64,000 nucleotides of DNA, taken from assembly GCA_964655595.1 (NCBI GenBank), contig CAZZPQ010000001.1:144-64143 (forward strand). The letters run 5' to 3'. The notes below the pieces were generated by a model that had not been told where the DNA came from, did no database searches, and saw only the letters and a list, made by a program, of their open reading frames with translations. The DNA comes from an uncultured bacterium (GTDB taxonomy: Bacteria > Deinococcota > Deinococci > Deinococcales > Trueperaceae). The position numbers were made by a program, and so were the translations under genes. Within the stretch, counting starts at the first letter, position 1. Every line of letters begins with the position of its first letter. Shown here piece after piece: positions 1 through 7,672 of the stretch.

Positions 1-1
1 A

Positions 2-370
2 GTAAGCCGCGCTGAACGCTTAGCGCTTTGCTTGCCGTTTAGTATCTACCTCGGCTGGATTACTGTGGCGACTGTCGCCAATACCACGATATTTCTGCTT
101 GACCAGGGTATAACAGGTGGCACATTCGCCACAGCCTGGGCAATTATTGCCATCATTGCCGCCACAGGGATCGGCCTGCTGGTATTGCTGCGCAGACGTG
201 ACATGCCCTACGGACTCGTTTTAGTGTGGGCCCTTATCGGTATTGCGGTAAATCAGTGGGCAATGACCCCTGCGGTAGTGGTGACTGCACTCTTTACAGC
301 AGGACTGCTGCTGACTGTCAGCGGATTCGTCAGGTTTTCGAGCTACCAGTTGGCTAATACGGCTCCGTAG
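2..370 (+). CDS. C-terminal part of a multi-pass membrane protein, open at the left window edge (possibly TspO/MBR-like)
   Basis: The frame is open from nt 2 to the stop at 368-370. The translation is three hydrophobic helices (YLGWITVATVANTTIF, WAIIAIIAATGIGLLVLL, LVLVWALIGIAV). The YLGWITVAT-AN motif recalls long TspO/MBR-type proteins, from memory only. Confidence 0.4.
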   Translation, partial: VSRAERLALCLPFSIYLGWITVATVANTTIFLLDQGITGGTFATAWAIIAIIAATGIGLLVLLRRRDMPYGLVLVWALIGIAVNQWAMTPAVVVTALFTAGLLLTVSGFVRFSSYQLANTAP

Positions 371-857
371 TTTCTTCATAAAGCTGAAACCCTCTGGCCT
401 GATAGTTGCGCAGCGCTGCCGGATGGTCAAGTGTACAGGTGTGCAGCCAAACTCGCTCAGGCCCTAATTCCCAGGCATGCTGGATGGCTGAGGATAAAAG
501 TGCCCCACCAAAACCCTGCCCGATAAAGGCTGGCATCAGCCCGAAGTAAGCGATTTCAACACCCGTTTCAGGTTTGCTCAGTAGTTCGTAATAGCCCACT
601 GGCGCACCACGGTGAAAAGCCCCAAAGGTACAAAGATTCTCCAGATGAACGTAATTATGCCAGTCCTGATCTGTCCAGACAAGCCTGTCTCGCCACCGCC
701 AACCACGCCCTACTTCAACATAAAAATACTTGTTAAAACTGGGGGTGGGCAATTCAACTCTGGAAATGTGCAAATCGGCAGGGACTTCCTTCGCCCGATG
801 TTCCGCGGGTGAAAGCATCTCGAGATAGTAGATGCTTACAGATTGAGGCTCTGACAC
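354..857 (-). CDS. GNAT family N-acetyltransferase
   Basis: 167 aa with a GTG start. It carries the acetyl-CoA binding signature QGFGGALLSSAIQHAWE and a C-terminal NYQARGFQLYEE typical of GNAT folds. Confidence 0.8.
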   Translation of the reverse strand: MSEPQSVSIYYLEMLSPAEHRAKEVPADLHISRVELPTPSFNKYFYVEVGRGWRWRDRLVWTDQDWHNYVHLENLCTFGAFHRGAPVGYYELLSKPETGVEIAYFGLMPAFIGQGFGGALLSSAIQHAWELGPERVWLHTCTLDHPAALRNYQARGFQLYEETTEPY

Positions 858-882
858 AGCTTTACTTTAGCACTCCAGCAAG

Positions 883-957
883 TATTACCGAGCCCGATAC
901 ATTGGTTGAAAATTTGGAAAGCGCTTCCCCGCTTCCTACTCGCCTTGCTCGGGATAA
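883..957 (+). repeat. F1 intergenic repeat, short form (~75 bp)
   Basis: TATTACCGAGCCCGATACATTG...CTTCCTACTCGCCTTGCTCGGGATAA aligns with the 5' two-thirds of the other F1 copies. It lies in a divergent intergenic region. Confidence 0.7.
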
Positions 958-968
958 CTTGAACCTGT

Positions 969-1433
969 TTGAGTTATGCTAAAGCATATCGATGCGCCAC
1001 TGTTTACAACTCTTTTAAACTCGCAAAAACCGATACACTTATGACCGTGATGAAACCTCCCAAGTTACCCATTACTCCCGTGCCACACAATGAGCTAAGA
1101 CCCGAGCTGTTTCCCAGGCGAGGCGCATCCCTTGATGAGATTGTGGCACTTGGCTATACCTTCGACGGCTACGCCCACCTGGGTATGGAGGCTTGTGCAG
1201 CCCTGGCGAATGACAGTCTTAACCACTACTATGCAACAGGTGAGTTAAAGATTGAGGAGCTTGATGAGCTGAGAAGCTGCCTCTTTTTTGAAGCACGTCG
1301 CTGGAGTCTCTATGCTCAGCATCCTGATACCAAAGCAACGATTTATATCTTCGCCTTGATTGATGCCTTAAAGGAAAAAGTTCCGGGTAGTGGTTCAAAG
1401 GAAAATGCTGATTCTACGATGGGAAATGCCTGA
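969..1433 (+). CDS. hypothetical protein (start uncertain; first ATG at 1041)
   Basis: A 154-aa ORF from TTG, or 130 aa from ATG 1041. I recognise no family. Small hairpins follow the stop (around 1510-1555). Confidence 0.4.
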   Translation: MSYAKAYRCATVYNSFKLAKTDTLMTVMKPPKLPITPVPHNELRPELFPRRGASLDEIVALGYTFDGYAHLGMEACAALANDSLNHYYATGELKIEELDELRSCLFFEARRWSLYAQHPDTKATIYIFALIDALKEKVPGSGSKENADSTMGNA

Positions 1434-1638
1434 ATTCCTATCCATACGTGCTTGTAACCGGTTGTTTTGTGCCAATAGCAGTTATGCTCGAGCCCCTACC
1501 AGGTTTCGGTCTTGAGCAAGACTCGAGCCTTAAAGCCTTCTGGGCTTTAGGACATTTATCCTCAATAGTATCGGCAAATTTTTTGCAGTGACGATTAACG
1601 GCAAATGAAGCCAGTTATCGTGATAGCCTGTTTACGAT

Positions 1639-1878
1639 ATGAGCTGGAGCAATCTGCGATACACAGTGAAGGAAGCTCAATTAAAGGCCCTCGAGGCTGA
1701 GCGAACAGGTATGTGGCATTTGGTCGTGCAGCAGTACATCTATTGTTTAAAGTACGCGCACAAGGTCGGTAACAAGGAAGCAATCAAGTTTTTCGCTGCC
1801 AAACTCAGTCGGGCCTACACGGCTATGGCTATGACTGAAAAGGCCAGTTATTATTCGACCCTGGCAAAGGAGCGCTAG
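1639..1878 (+). CDS. hypothetical small helical protein
   Basis: A 79-aa ORF with an ATG start and no obvious Shine-Dalgarno. The composition is helical and I recognise no family. Confidence 0.3.
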   Translation: MSWSNLRYTVKEAQLKALEAERTGMWHLVVQQYIYCLKYAHKVGNKEAIKFFAAKLSRAYTAMAMTEKASYYSTLAKER

Positions 1879-1941
1879 CTGTAAGCCTTTTGAAGAAACG
1901 GGTTTAATAAAACAGCGTGACCGATTTCATATAATACCTCC

Positions 1942-2097
1942 ATGAATCCTGAGTCACTTATTGCGCTGACTGTCTTAATTGTCATCCTCTATATCGCATT
2001 TCGCGTGGGAGCAGTTCTAATGCGCCTGGCGCTCGGACTGCTCGCTATTGGCATTGTAGCTTGGCTGGTAATGCGGCTGGTGGCTGCGCCCCAGTAA
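1942..2097 (+). CDS. possible 51-aa two-helix membrane peptide (below the ORF-track cutoff)
   Basis: My own translation from ATG 1942 to TAA 2095-2097 is MNPESLIALTVLIVILYIAFRVGAVLMRLALGLLAIGIVAWLVMRLVAAPQ. It has two hydrophobic segments separated by R/G residues. Confidence 0.3.
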   Translation: MNPESLIALTVLIVILYIAFRVGAVLMRLALGLLAIGIVAWLVMRLVAAPQ

Positions 2098-2105
2098 GCC
2101 ACTTT

Positions 2106-2220
2106 AATATGGAGCCCGATAAATTGATTATAGATTTGAAAAGCAGTTTCTCGGTTCCTAACGCTCTGCTCGGGATAAATCCTTGGGATAAACCCAAGGA
2201 TTTATCCGGAACTGGTATTA
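2106..2220 (+). repeat. F1 intergenic repeat, long form (~115 bp)
   Basis: A full-length copy with a perfect 15-bp-stem hairpin GGATAAATCCTTGGG-ATAAA-CCCAAGGATTTATCC (2173-2207) and the tail GGAACTGGTATTA. Its last 3 nt are the stop codon of the minus-strand gene 2218-3195. Confidence 0.85.
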
Positions 2221-3195
2221 GTAACCCCGTTCTGGGTCAACCAGATTCCTTTTTTCGCCATGCAGCAGGGACACAAGCGTCTTACAGACATCCTCAAAAC
2301 TCACCAGCTCCCAATCCTGATACTGGTTGGCGCGGTGTGGACTCATCACCACGTTGGGCAGCTCATGAAATGCCCTGTTAGCAGGCAAGGTCCCTTGGCG
2401 GGCTTCTTTGCCTTTCGGATAGCTGTACCACACATCAATACCCGCAGCAAAGATTTTATCAGCCTTAAGCGCTTCGTAAAGCGCCTTCTCGTCGATGACA
2501 TCTCCCCTACCCACATTCACCAGAATACTGCCTGTTTTCATAGCGGCAAAGGCAGATGCGTTCAGCAAGCCTCTGGTTTCTGGGGTTAGAGGTAGGCTGA
2601 CGATGACTACATCTGCCTGAGCCAAAGCCTCATAAAGCTCAGCTGGTCCATATTCCTTAACTGAGCTGTTGGCTTGTGGTTGCCGCCGGTAGGCAGTTGC
2701 GTTCATGCCTAAACCCTTAAGACGCCACTCGAGCTCCCGCCCAATTGCCCCATAACCCAGCAGCAGGCAAGTTTTACCAGGCAAGAAGACGGACTCAAAG
2801 GTCTCAGTACCACCTGTCCAGTCACCCTGCCGCAGCGCTCTGTCTGCCTGAACGATGCGGTTACTACAGGCAAACATCAGTGCCAGTGCATGTTGCGCCA
2901 CGAAGGCGTCATTAAAGTGCGAGTTGTGCAAGGTGATGTGGGGTCGCTCAAGAATAGCCTGACGCAGTTTTTCGGCTATACCCACATAGGGCACAATGAC
3001 ATGGCGAAGATTGGCAGCGTCAAGCAGACTCTCATCAGGTGCACCGTCTACCAGCACCTCATACCAGTTCAGATGCGCTTTGGCTTTTTCGCTGTCGGTT
3101 TCAATGATAAGCTTGATATCTGAGTTCAGCTGATCTTGCTTTTGAGGGATAAGTTTGGCAGCCAGTGAACTGCGCCACAGGACATTAAGGCTCAT
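2218..3195 (-). CDS. D-isomer-specific 2-hydroxyacid dehydrogenase family, NAD-binding
   Basis: 325 aa with a Rossmann motif LLLGYGAIGRELEWRLKGLG, and VNVGRGDVIDEKALYEAL and SPHRA motifs typical of the family. Confidence 0.85.
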   Translation of the reverse strand: MSLNVLWRSSLAAKLIPQKQDQLNSDIKLIIETDSEKAKAHLNWYEVLVDGAPDESLLDAANLRHVIVPYVGIAEKLRQAILERPHITLHNSHFNDAFVAQHALALMFACSNRIVQADRALRQGDWTGGTETFESVFLPGKTCLLLGYGAIGRELEWRLKGLGMNATAYRRQPQANSSVKEYGPAELYEALAQADVVIVSLPLTPETRGLLNASAFAAMKTGSILVNVGRGDVIDEKALYEALKADKIFAAGIDVWYSYPKGKEARQGTLPANRAFHELPNVVMSPHRANQYQDWELVSFEDVCKTLVSLLHGEKRNLVDPERGY

Positions 3196-3335
3196 GCTGG
3201 CAATTATATGCAGAGATGCTAGCAGCTGATTGTATCAGCCTCAGGGCAGTCATGAACTGAGTCAGCAGCGGGGACCTGAGTAGAATAAAGCAGGCAAGCC
3301 AGCTTAGTGGCACTGTGGATAAAGGAGATTTGCTT

Positions 3336-4193
3336 ATGCCAGCACAGTTACTCGAGGGAAAAATTGTTGCAAGCGCTGTTCTAGACTCTCTTAAAGCGCG
3401 CATTGAAGACTTGAAAAGCAAAGGAATCACTCCAGGGCTGGGAACCATTCTGGTGGGTGACGATGCTCCAAGTCAAGGTTATGTTCGTAAAAAACACGAA
3501 ACTGCCGAGGCCATAGGCGTCGCATCCTTTCATCAAACTATTCCCAGTAGCGCCAGCCAGAGCGACCTGCTCGCAGCGGTCAAAGCTTTCAATAGCAATC
3601 GACAGGTACACGCTTTTATCATCCAGTATCCAGTGCCCGCAGGCTTTGATTTTGCTGAGGCCATGAGCCACATCCTGCCCGAGAAAGATGCTGACGGCCT
3701 GCATCCAGTCAACCTGGGAAAGCTGGTTTTACAGGAGCCCGGTCCTATTCCCGCCACGCCTGCCGGTATTCAGCAAATGCTACTGCACTATGACATTCCT
3801 GTCGCCGGACGCGAGGTGGTCGTGGTTGGACGTGGCCCAACGCTGGGGCGTCCCCTGGCGCTGCTGCTCAGCATGAAAGCGGCTGGCGCTAATGCAGCTG
3901 TAACCGTCGTTCACTCCGGCATTAAAGACATCGCTCGCTACACCCAGCGGGCCGATATTGTCATTGCTGCCGTGGGAAGTCCGGGTATCATCCGCGCTGA
4001 TATGGTCGCCGAGAGTAGTGTAGTCATCAGCGGAGGCATCACCTGGCAGGGCAAGCGCTTACTACCAGATGTCGATGAGCCTGTCATGGAGCGGGCCAGT
4101 TGGATGACCCCGCGTCTGGGTGGGGTTGGCCCTACTACCGTTGCCATGCTGCTGCGCAACGTGGTCACGGCTGCTGAAGCTATTGGAGAATAA
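3336..4193 (+). CDS. folD: bifunctional methylenetetrahydrofolate dehydrogenase / methenyl-THF cyclohydrolase
   Basis: AAGGAG lies 8 nt upstream of ATG 3336. The motifs LGTILVGDDAPSQGYVRKKHETAEAIG, VVVVGRGPTLGRPLALLL and GGVGPTTVAMLL are diagnostic of FolD. Confidence 0.92.
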   Translation: MPAQLLEGKIVASAVLDSLKARIEDLKSKGITPGLGTILVGDDAPSQGYVRKKHETAEAIGVASFHQTIPSSASQSDLLAAVKAFNSNRQVHAFIIQYPVPAGFDFAEAMSHILPEKDADGLHPVNLGKLVLQEPGPIPATPAGIQQMLLHYDIPVAGREVVVVGRGPTLGRPLALLLSMKAAGANAAVTVVHSGIKDIARYTQRADIVIAAVGSPGIIRADMVAESSVVISGGITWQGKRLLPDVDEPVMERASWMTPRLGGVGPTTVAMLLRNVVTAAEAIGE

Positions 4194-4242
4194 GGTCCGG
4201 GATAAGGTAGACTGAAGATAATTAGGAGGCTTTGGAGGTTTC

Positions 4243-6630
4243 ATGCTTCGTGTCTTACGGGTTTTGCTCATTCTTTTACTCTTATTTGTCGTGGCAGCTA
4301 TTGCTGCCTTTATTTACCTGCGCACTTCTTTACCGCAGGTTCGTGGAAGTCTGGTTGTGCCAGGTATCTCCCAGTCGGTAGAAATTGTCAGGGACCGCCA
4401 CGGGATTCCCCACATTTTTGCCGCTTCGAAAGAAGATGCCTATTTTGCGCTCGGTTTTGCCCACGCCCAGGACAGGCTCTGGCAGATGGAGTTTCAGCGG
4501 CGGGTTGGTGCAGGTCGGCTGGCTGAAGTCGTGGGGCAGGCAGCCCTCGGTACTGACCGCTTTCTACGCACCCTGAGCGTTTATCACTACGCTGAGCGCG
4601 CCTTTGAGGCGCTTAGTGCCGACACACAACAGGGTATTCAGGCCTATGTCGCAGGTGTCAACGCACACCTGACCACGCGACGCGGGCCACTGCCCCCAGA
4701 GTTTTTATTCTTTCGCCATACGCCAGAACTCTTTCAACCTGCCGATGTTCTGGTCTGGGGCAAGATGATGGCCTGGGATTTAGGTGGCAACTGGGATGAC
4801 GAAGTTCTGCGGGCACGACTGCTCCAGCGCCTTTCAGCAGCGCAAATTGCCGACCTTTGGCCTGCCTATCCGGCAGATGCTCCCATTATTCTGCCGGACT
4901 TTGCTGACCATTATCGGCAGCTGGATCTGGATGGACTGTGGACAAGCTCCCTCCGACCTTTGCCACCTGAATCTGGCTCGAATAATTGGGTAGTGAGTGG
5001 CGAGCGCAGCATCTCGGGTGCACCCCTGCTCGCCAATGATCCCCACCTGGGTCTGGGCACGCCGTCACTGTGGTACTTTGCACACCTGAACGCACCAGGC
5101 TTTAAGGTTATCGGCGCGACCTTGCCCGGAACACCCTCGGTGCTGCTGGGGCGCAATGACCGGATTGCCTGGGGCTTTACCAACACGGGTCCAGATGTGC
5201 AAGACCTGTTCATCGAGCAGCTTAACCCGGACAACGCCCTCGAGTACCTTACACCAGATGGCTACCAGTCCTTTACCCTGCGCGAAGAAGTGATTCGCGT
5301 CAAGGGTGGTGAGGATGTCCAGCTAACCGTCAGGGAAAGCCGTCATGGCCCCATTATTTCAGATGTCAGCAGCAATGCTGCTGATGCAGCGCGCCTCAGT
5401 GGCGCTAGTCACGTGCTGGCGTTTCGCTGGTCTGCCCTGGACGCGGATGACACCACGATTCAGGCCATTTCAAACTTAGCCAGCGCTACGAACTGGGAAA
5501 CATTTACCGAGGCGCTGCGCGATTATGTAGTACCGCAGCAAAACATTGTCTATGCTGATATAGACGGCAATATCGGCTACTATGCCCCCGGCCGTATTCC
5601 GATTCGGGCCAGCGGGGACGGCAGTATACCCGTGCCTGGCTGGGACGATGAATATGCCTGGCTGGACTATATTCCCTTTGAGGAACTGCCCCATGCCTTC
5701 AATCCTGAGTCCGGCGTGATTATGACAGCCAACCACAAGGTTGTACCCGATGATTATCCGCACTTCATCACCCATGATTGGGCCGAACCCTACCGCGCAA
5801 AACGCATTGACCAGTTGCTAGGACGTATCAACAAGCACTCGGTTGCCAGCTTCCAGAGCATTCAGATGGATCAGTTTTCGCTGATGGCCGCCGAGTTTTT
5901 ACCCTACCTGCTCAACCTTCGGGCAGAGACAGCCCTCGAGCGCTCAGCACAAGCACAACTGCTCGCCTGGGACGGTCTGATGGACAAAGACCAGGCAGCT
6001 CCGTTAATCTTTGCTGCCTGGTACCGTGAGCTGGGACGGCTGATTTACGCTGATGAACTCGGCGACTTCTTTGCAGATTACTACGGCTTTCGGCCCATGT
6101 TCAAGCGTAATGTGCTGCAAGGTACAAGCACTGCCAACTGGTGCAATGACATTCGCACCTCTGCAGTAGAATCCTGTGAATTTTTAATGGAACGCGCCTT
6201 TCGCACTGCCCTGGACGGGTTGTCACAGAGCTATGGCAGTGACGTGTCACGCTGGCGCTGGGGTGAGGCGCATGTCGCTTACTTTGATCACAGCGTTTTT
6301 AGCAATACCCCACTAGCGGCACTTTTTGACCTGCGTATTCCTAATGGCGGCGATCCCTTTACTATCAACGCAGCACGCTTTCAGATAGCCGCCACATCAA
6401 AGCCTTTCCGCCAAACCAACGGCCCGGGCTACCGCGCTGTTTATGACCTGTCGAATCTGGACAACTCCGAGTTCATCCATACAACCGGACAATCCGGCAA
6501 CCCACTATCCATGCGCTACCGCAACTTTGTCGGACTGTGGCGCGACGGCAGCTATCTGCCCATGACCACCGATAGAGTTGAAATCGAGCGTGGTCGCATT
6601 GGCACGCTCACTTTGAATCCCAGCCCCTGA
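4243..6630 (+). CDS. penicillin acylase / acyl-homoserine-lactone acylase family (Ntn hydrolase), N-terminal membrane anchor or signal
   Basis: 795 aa with a hydrophobic N-terminus. The beta-subunit N-terminal nucleophile context GSNNWVVSG...ANDPHL and the overall length fit the peptidase S45 family. Confidence 0.88.
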   Translation: MLRVLRVLLILLLLFVVAAIAAFIYLRTSLPQVRGSLVVPGISQSVEIVRDRHGIPHIFAASKEDAYFALGFAHAQDRLWQMEFQRRVGAGRLAEVVGQAALGTDRFLRTLSVYHYAERAFEALSADTQQGIQAYVAGVNAHLTTRRGPLPPEFLFFRHTPELFQPADVLVWGKMMAWDLGGNWDDEVLRARLLQRLSAAQIADLWPAYPADAPIILPDFADHYRQLDLDGLWTSSLRPLPPESGSNNWVVSGERSISGAPLLANDPHLGLGTPSLWYFAHLNAPGFKVIGATLPGTPSVLLGRNDRIAWGFTNTGPDVQDLFIEQLNPDNALEYLTPDGYQSFTLREEVIRVKGGEDVQLTVRESRHGPIISDVSSNAADAARLSGASHVLAFRWSALDADDTTIQAISNLASATNWETFTEALRDYVVPQQNIVYADIDGNIGYYAPGRIPIRASGDGSIPVPGWDDEYAWLDYIPFEELPHAFNPESGVIMTANHKVVPDDYPHFITHDWAEPYRAKRIDQLLGRINKHSVASFQSIQMDQFSLMAAEFLPYLLNLRAETALERSAQAQLLAWDGLMDKDQAAPLIFAAWYRELGRLIYADELGDFFADYYGFRPMFKRNVLQGTSTANWCNDIRTSAVESCEFLMERAFRTALDGLSQSYGSDVSRWRWGEAHVAYFDHSVFSNTPLAALFDLRIPNGGDPFTINAARFQIAATSKPFRQTNGPGYRAVYDLSNLDNSEFIHTTGQSGNPLSMRYRNFVGLWRDGSYLPMTTDRVEIERGRIGTLTLNPSP

Positions 6631-6631
6631 C

Positions 6632-7648
6632 ATGCAGCTCCGTCTGGACCCTTGGGCTACCGAATACAACACCGCCTATCTGGCTGAAGAGGTCAGTCCG
6701 CTTGGCAAGGACAATGTTGATATAGGCGTTGAAACTCAGGCTTGGCAAAAAATCCGACCCCAGAAGCCTGCTGAACTGTACGAGGCTCTGTTATTTCTTG
6801 ATGGTACGCAACGCTCTGAGGCTCGAGTGCTCCTGGAAGACGAGCGCCAGCAGCTTGCTTTTGGCGCTATTGGCAGCTTTGCGGTGGGTGCGGTGAATTG
6901 CTGTCCTCGCGGTAGTCGCCAGGCAAGTTACCTCGAGTTGGCACACCTCAACTTCGACAGTCTTCACCGTATCTGCGTTTTGAGTGGTGGGCACAGCCTG
7001 GAAGCGTTCAGCCTTGCCTCGGATAAACTCCAGCAACTTGGCAAGCTTGACTACCGCATTGTCAGTACCGAAAAGCGCGAAGCGGATGCGGTACTAAGGC
7101 AGATTCAATTTGAGATGCTCAAGGCCGAAGGCCTGCTTGCCTCGCGGCTGTGCGACACATATCGAGAAGCACTCGTTATCAGTGACGGTCCCTTGCCCCG
7201 CAGCGGCTATATTGACAATGTTGTCGGCTATGTCAAGACCATTCATCAGGTTCCCATACCCCAAAGCGAAATGGAACTGGTACGAGCGCTCGAGCAAGGC
7301 GAGCGCTCGCCTTTGTATCTGGTTAGCGCTCAGGATAAAAGTCAGCAGCATTTCGAATGCTTTTTGCGCCTGCGCGATCCCAGGCCCTGGCTTTACAGCC
7401 TGGCTGGTATGATTCGTTTACAGATTTTCGCCAGCAGCCAACCACAAGACAGGCTGGAGACTGCCATCAGCATGGCAGACTGGCTATGTCACATTCTGCC
7501 AGGTTTTGCCAGTCTGCAACATCAGGATCCTCGAGCCCCACAGCAGCTTTTACCGATTCGGGCGCTCGAGTCCGAGCTGCGACGCAAAATGGGTGACGCA
7601 AGGTTGATTCGGCGGCGGATTACTGCCTACCTCTCACGATTCAGCTAA
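6632..7648 (+). CDS. hypothetical protein, weak NurA-like (RNase H-fold nuclease) motif pattern
   Basis: 338 aa. Its ATG is 1 nt after the acylase stop, so it is translationally coupled. The motifs LFLDGTQRSE, LVISDGPL and VVGYVKTIH resemble the DGS / DGxL / sK motifs of NurA, from memory and not verified. Confidence 0.5.
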   Translation: MQLRLDPWATEYNTAYLAEEVSPLGKDNVDIGVETQAWQKIRPQKPAELYEALLFLDGTQRSEARVLLEDERQQLAFGAIGSFAVGAVNCCPRGSRQASYLELAHLNFDSLHRICVLSGGHSLEAFSLASDKLQQLGKLDYRIVSTEKREADAVLRQIQFEMLKAEGLLASRLCDTYREALVISDGPLPRSGYIDNVVGYVKTIHQVPIPQSEMELVRALEQGERSPLYLVSAQDKSQQHFECFLRLRDPRPWLYSLAGMIRLQIFASSQPQDRLETAISMADWLCHILPGFASLQHQDPRAPQQLLPIRALESELRRKMGDARLIRRRITAYLSRFS

Positions 7649-7672
7649 GCGCCGCTGGGATGCCGGCTTTGA

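Noticed and set aside
2061-2381. A recurring peptide-like translation (Y)TEPDKL(I/L)(I/K)DLKS(S/T)F..PNALLGIN appears in ORF-track entries 2061-2381, 13382-13861, 34682-36421 (N-terminus) and 55278-55526.
   Set aside because: It is the F1 DNA repeat read in one frame. Copies differ by indels that break the frame, several run into stops, and short and long forms end at different points. It is therefore a nucleotide repeat and not a coding module. The N-terminus of the SBBP lipoprotein was trimmed accordingly.
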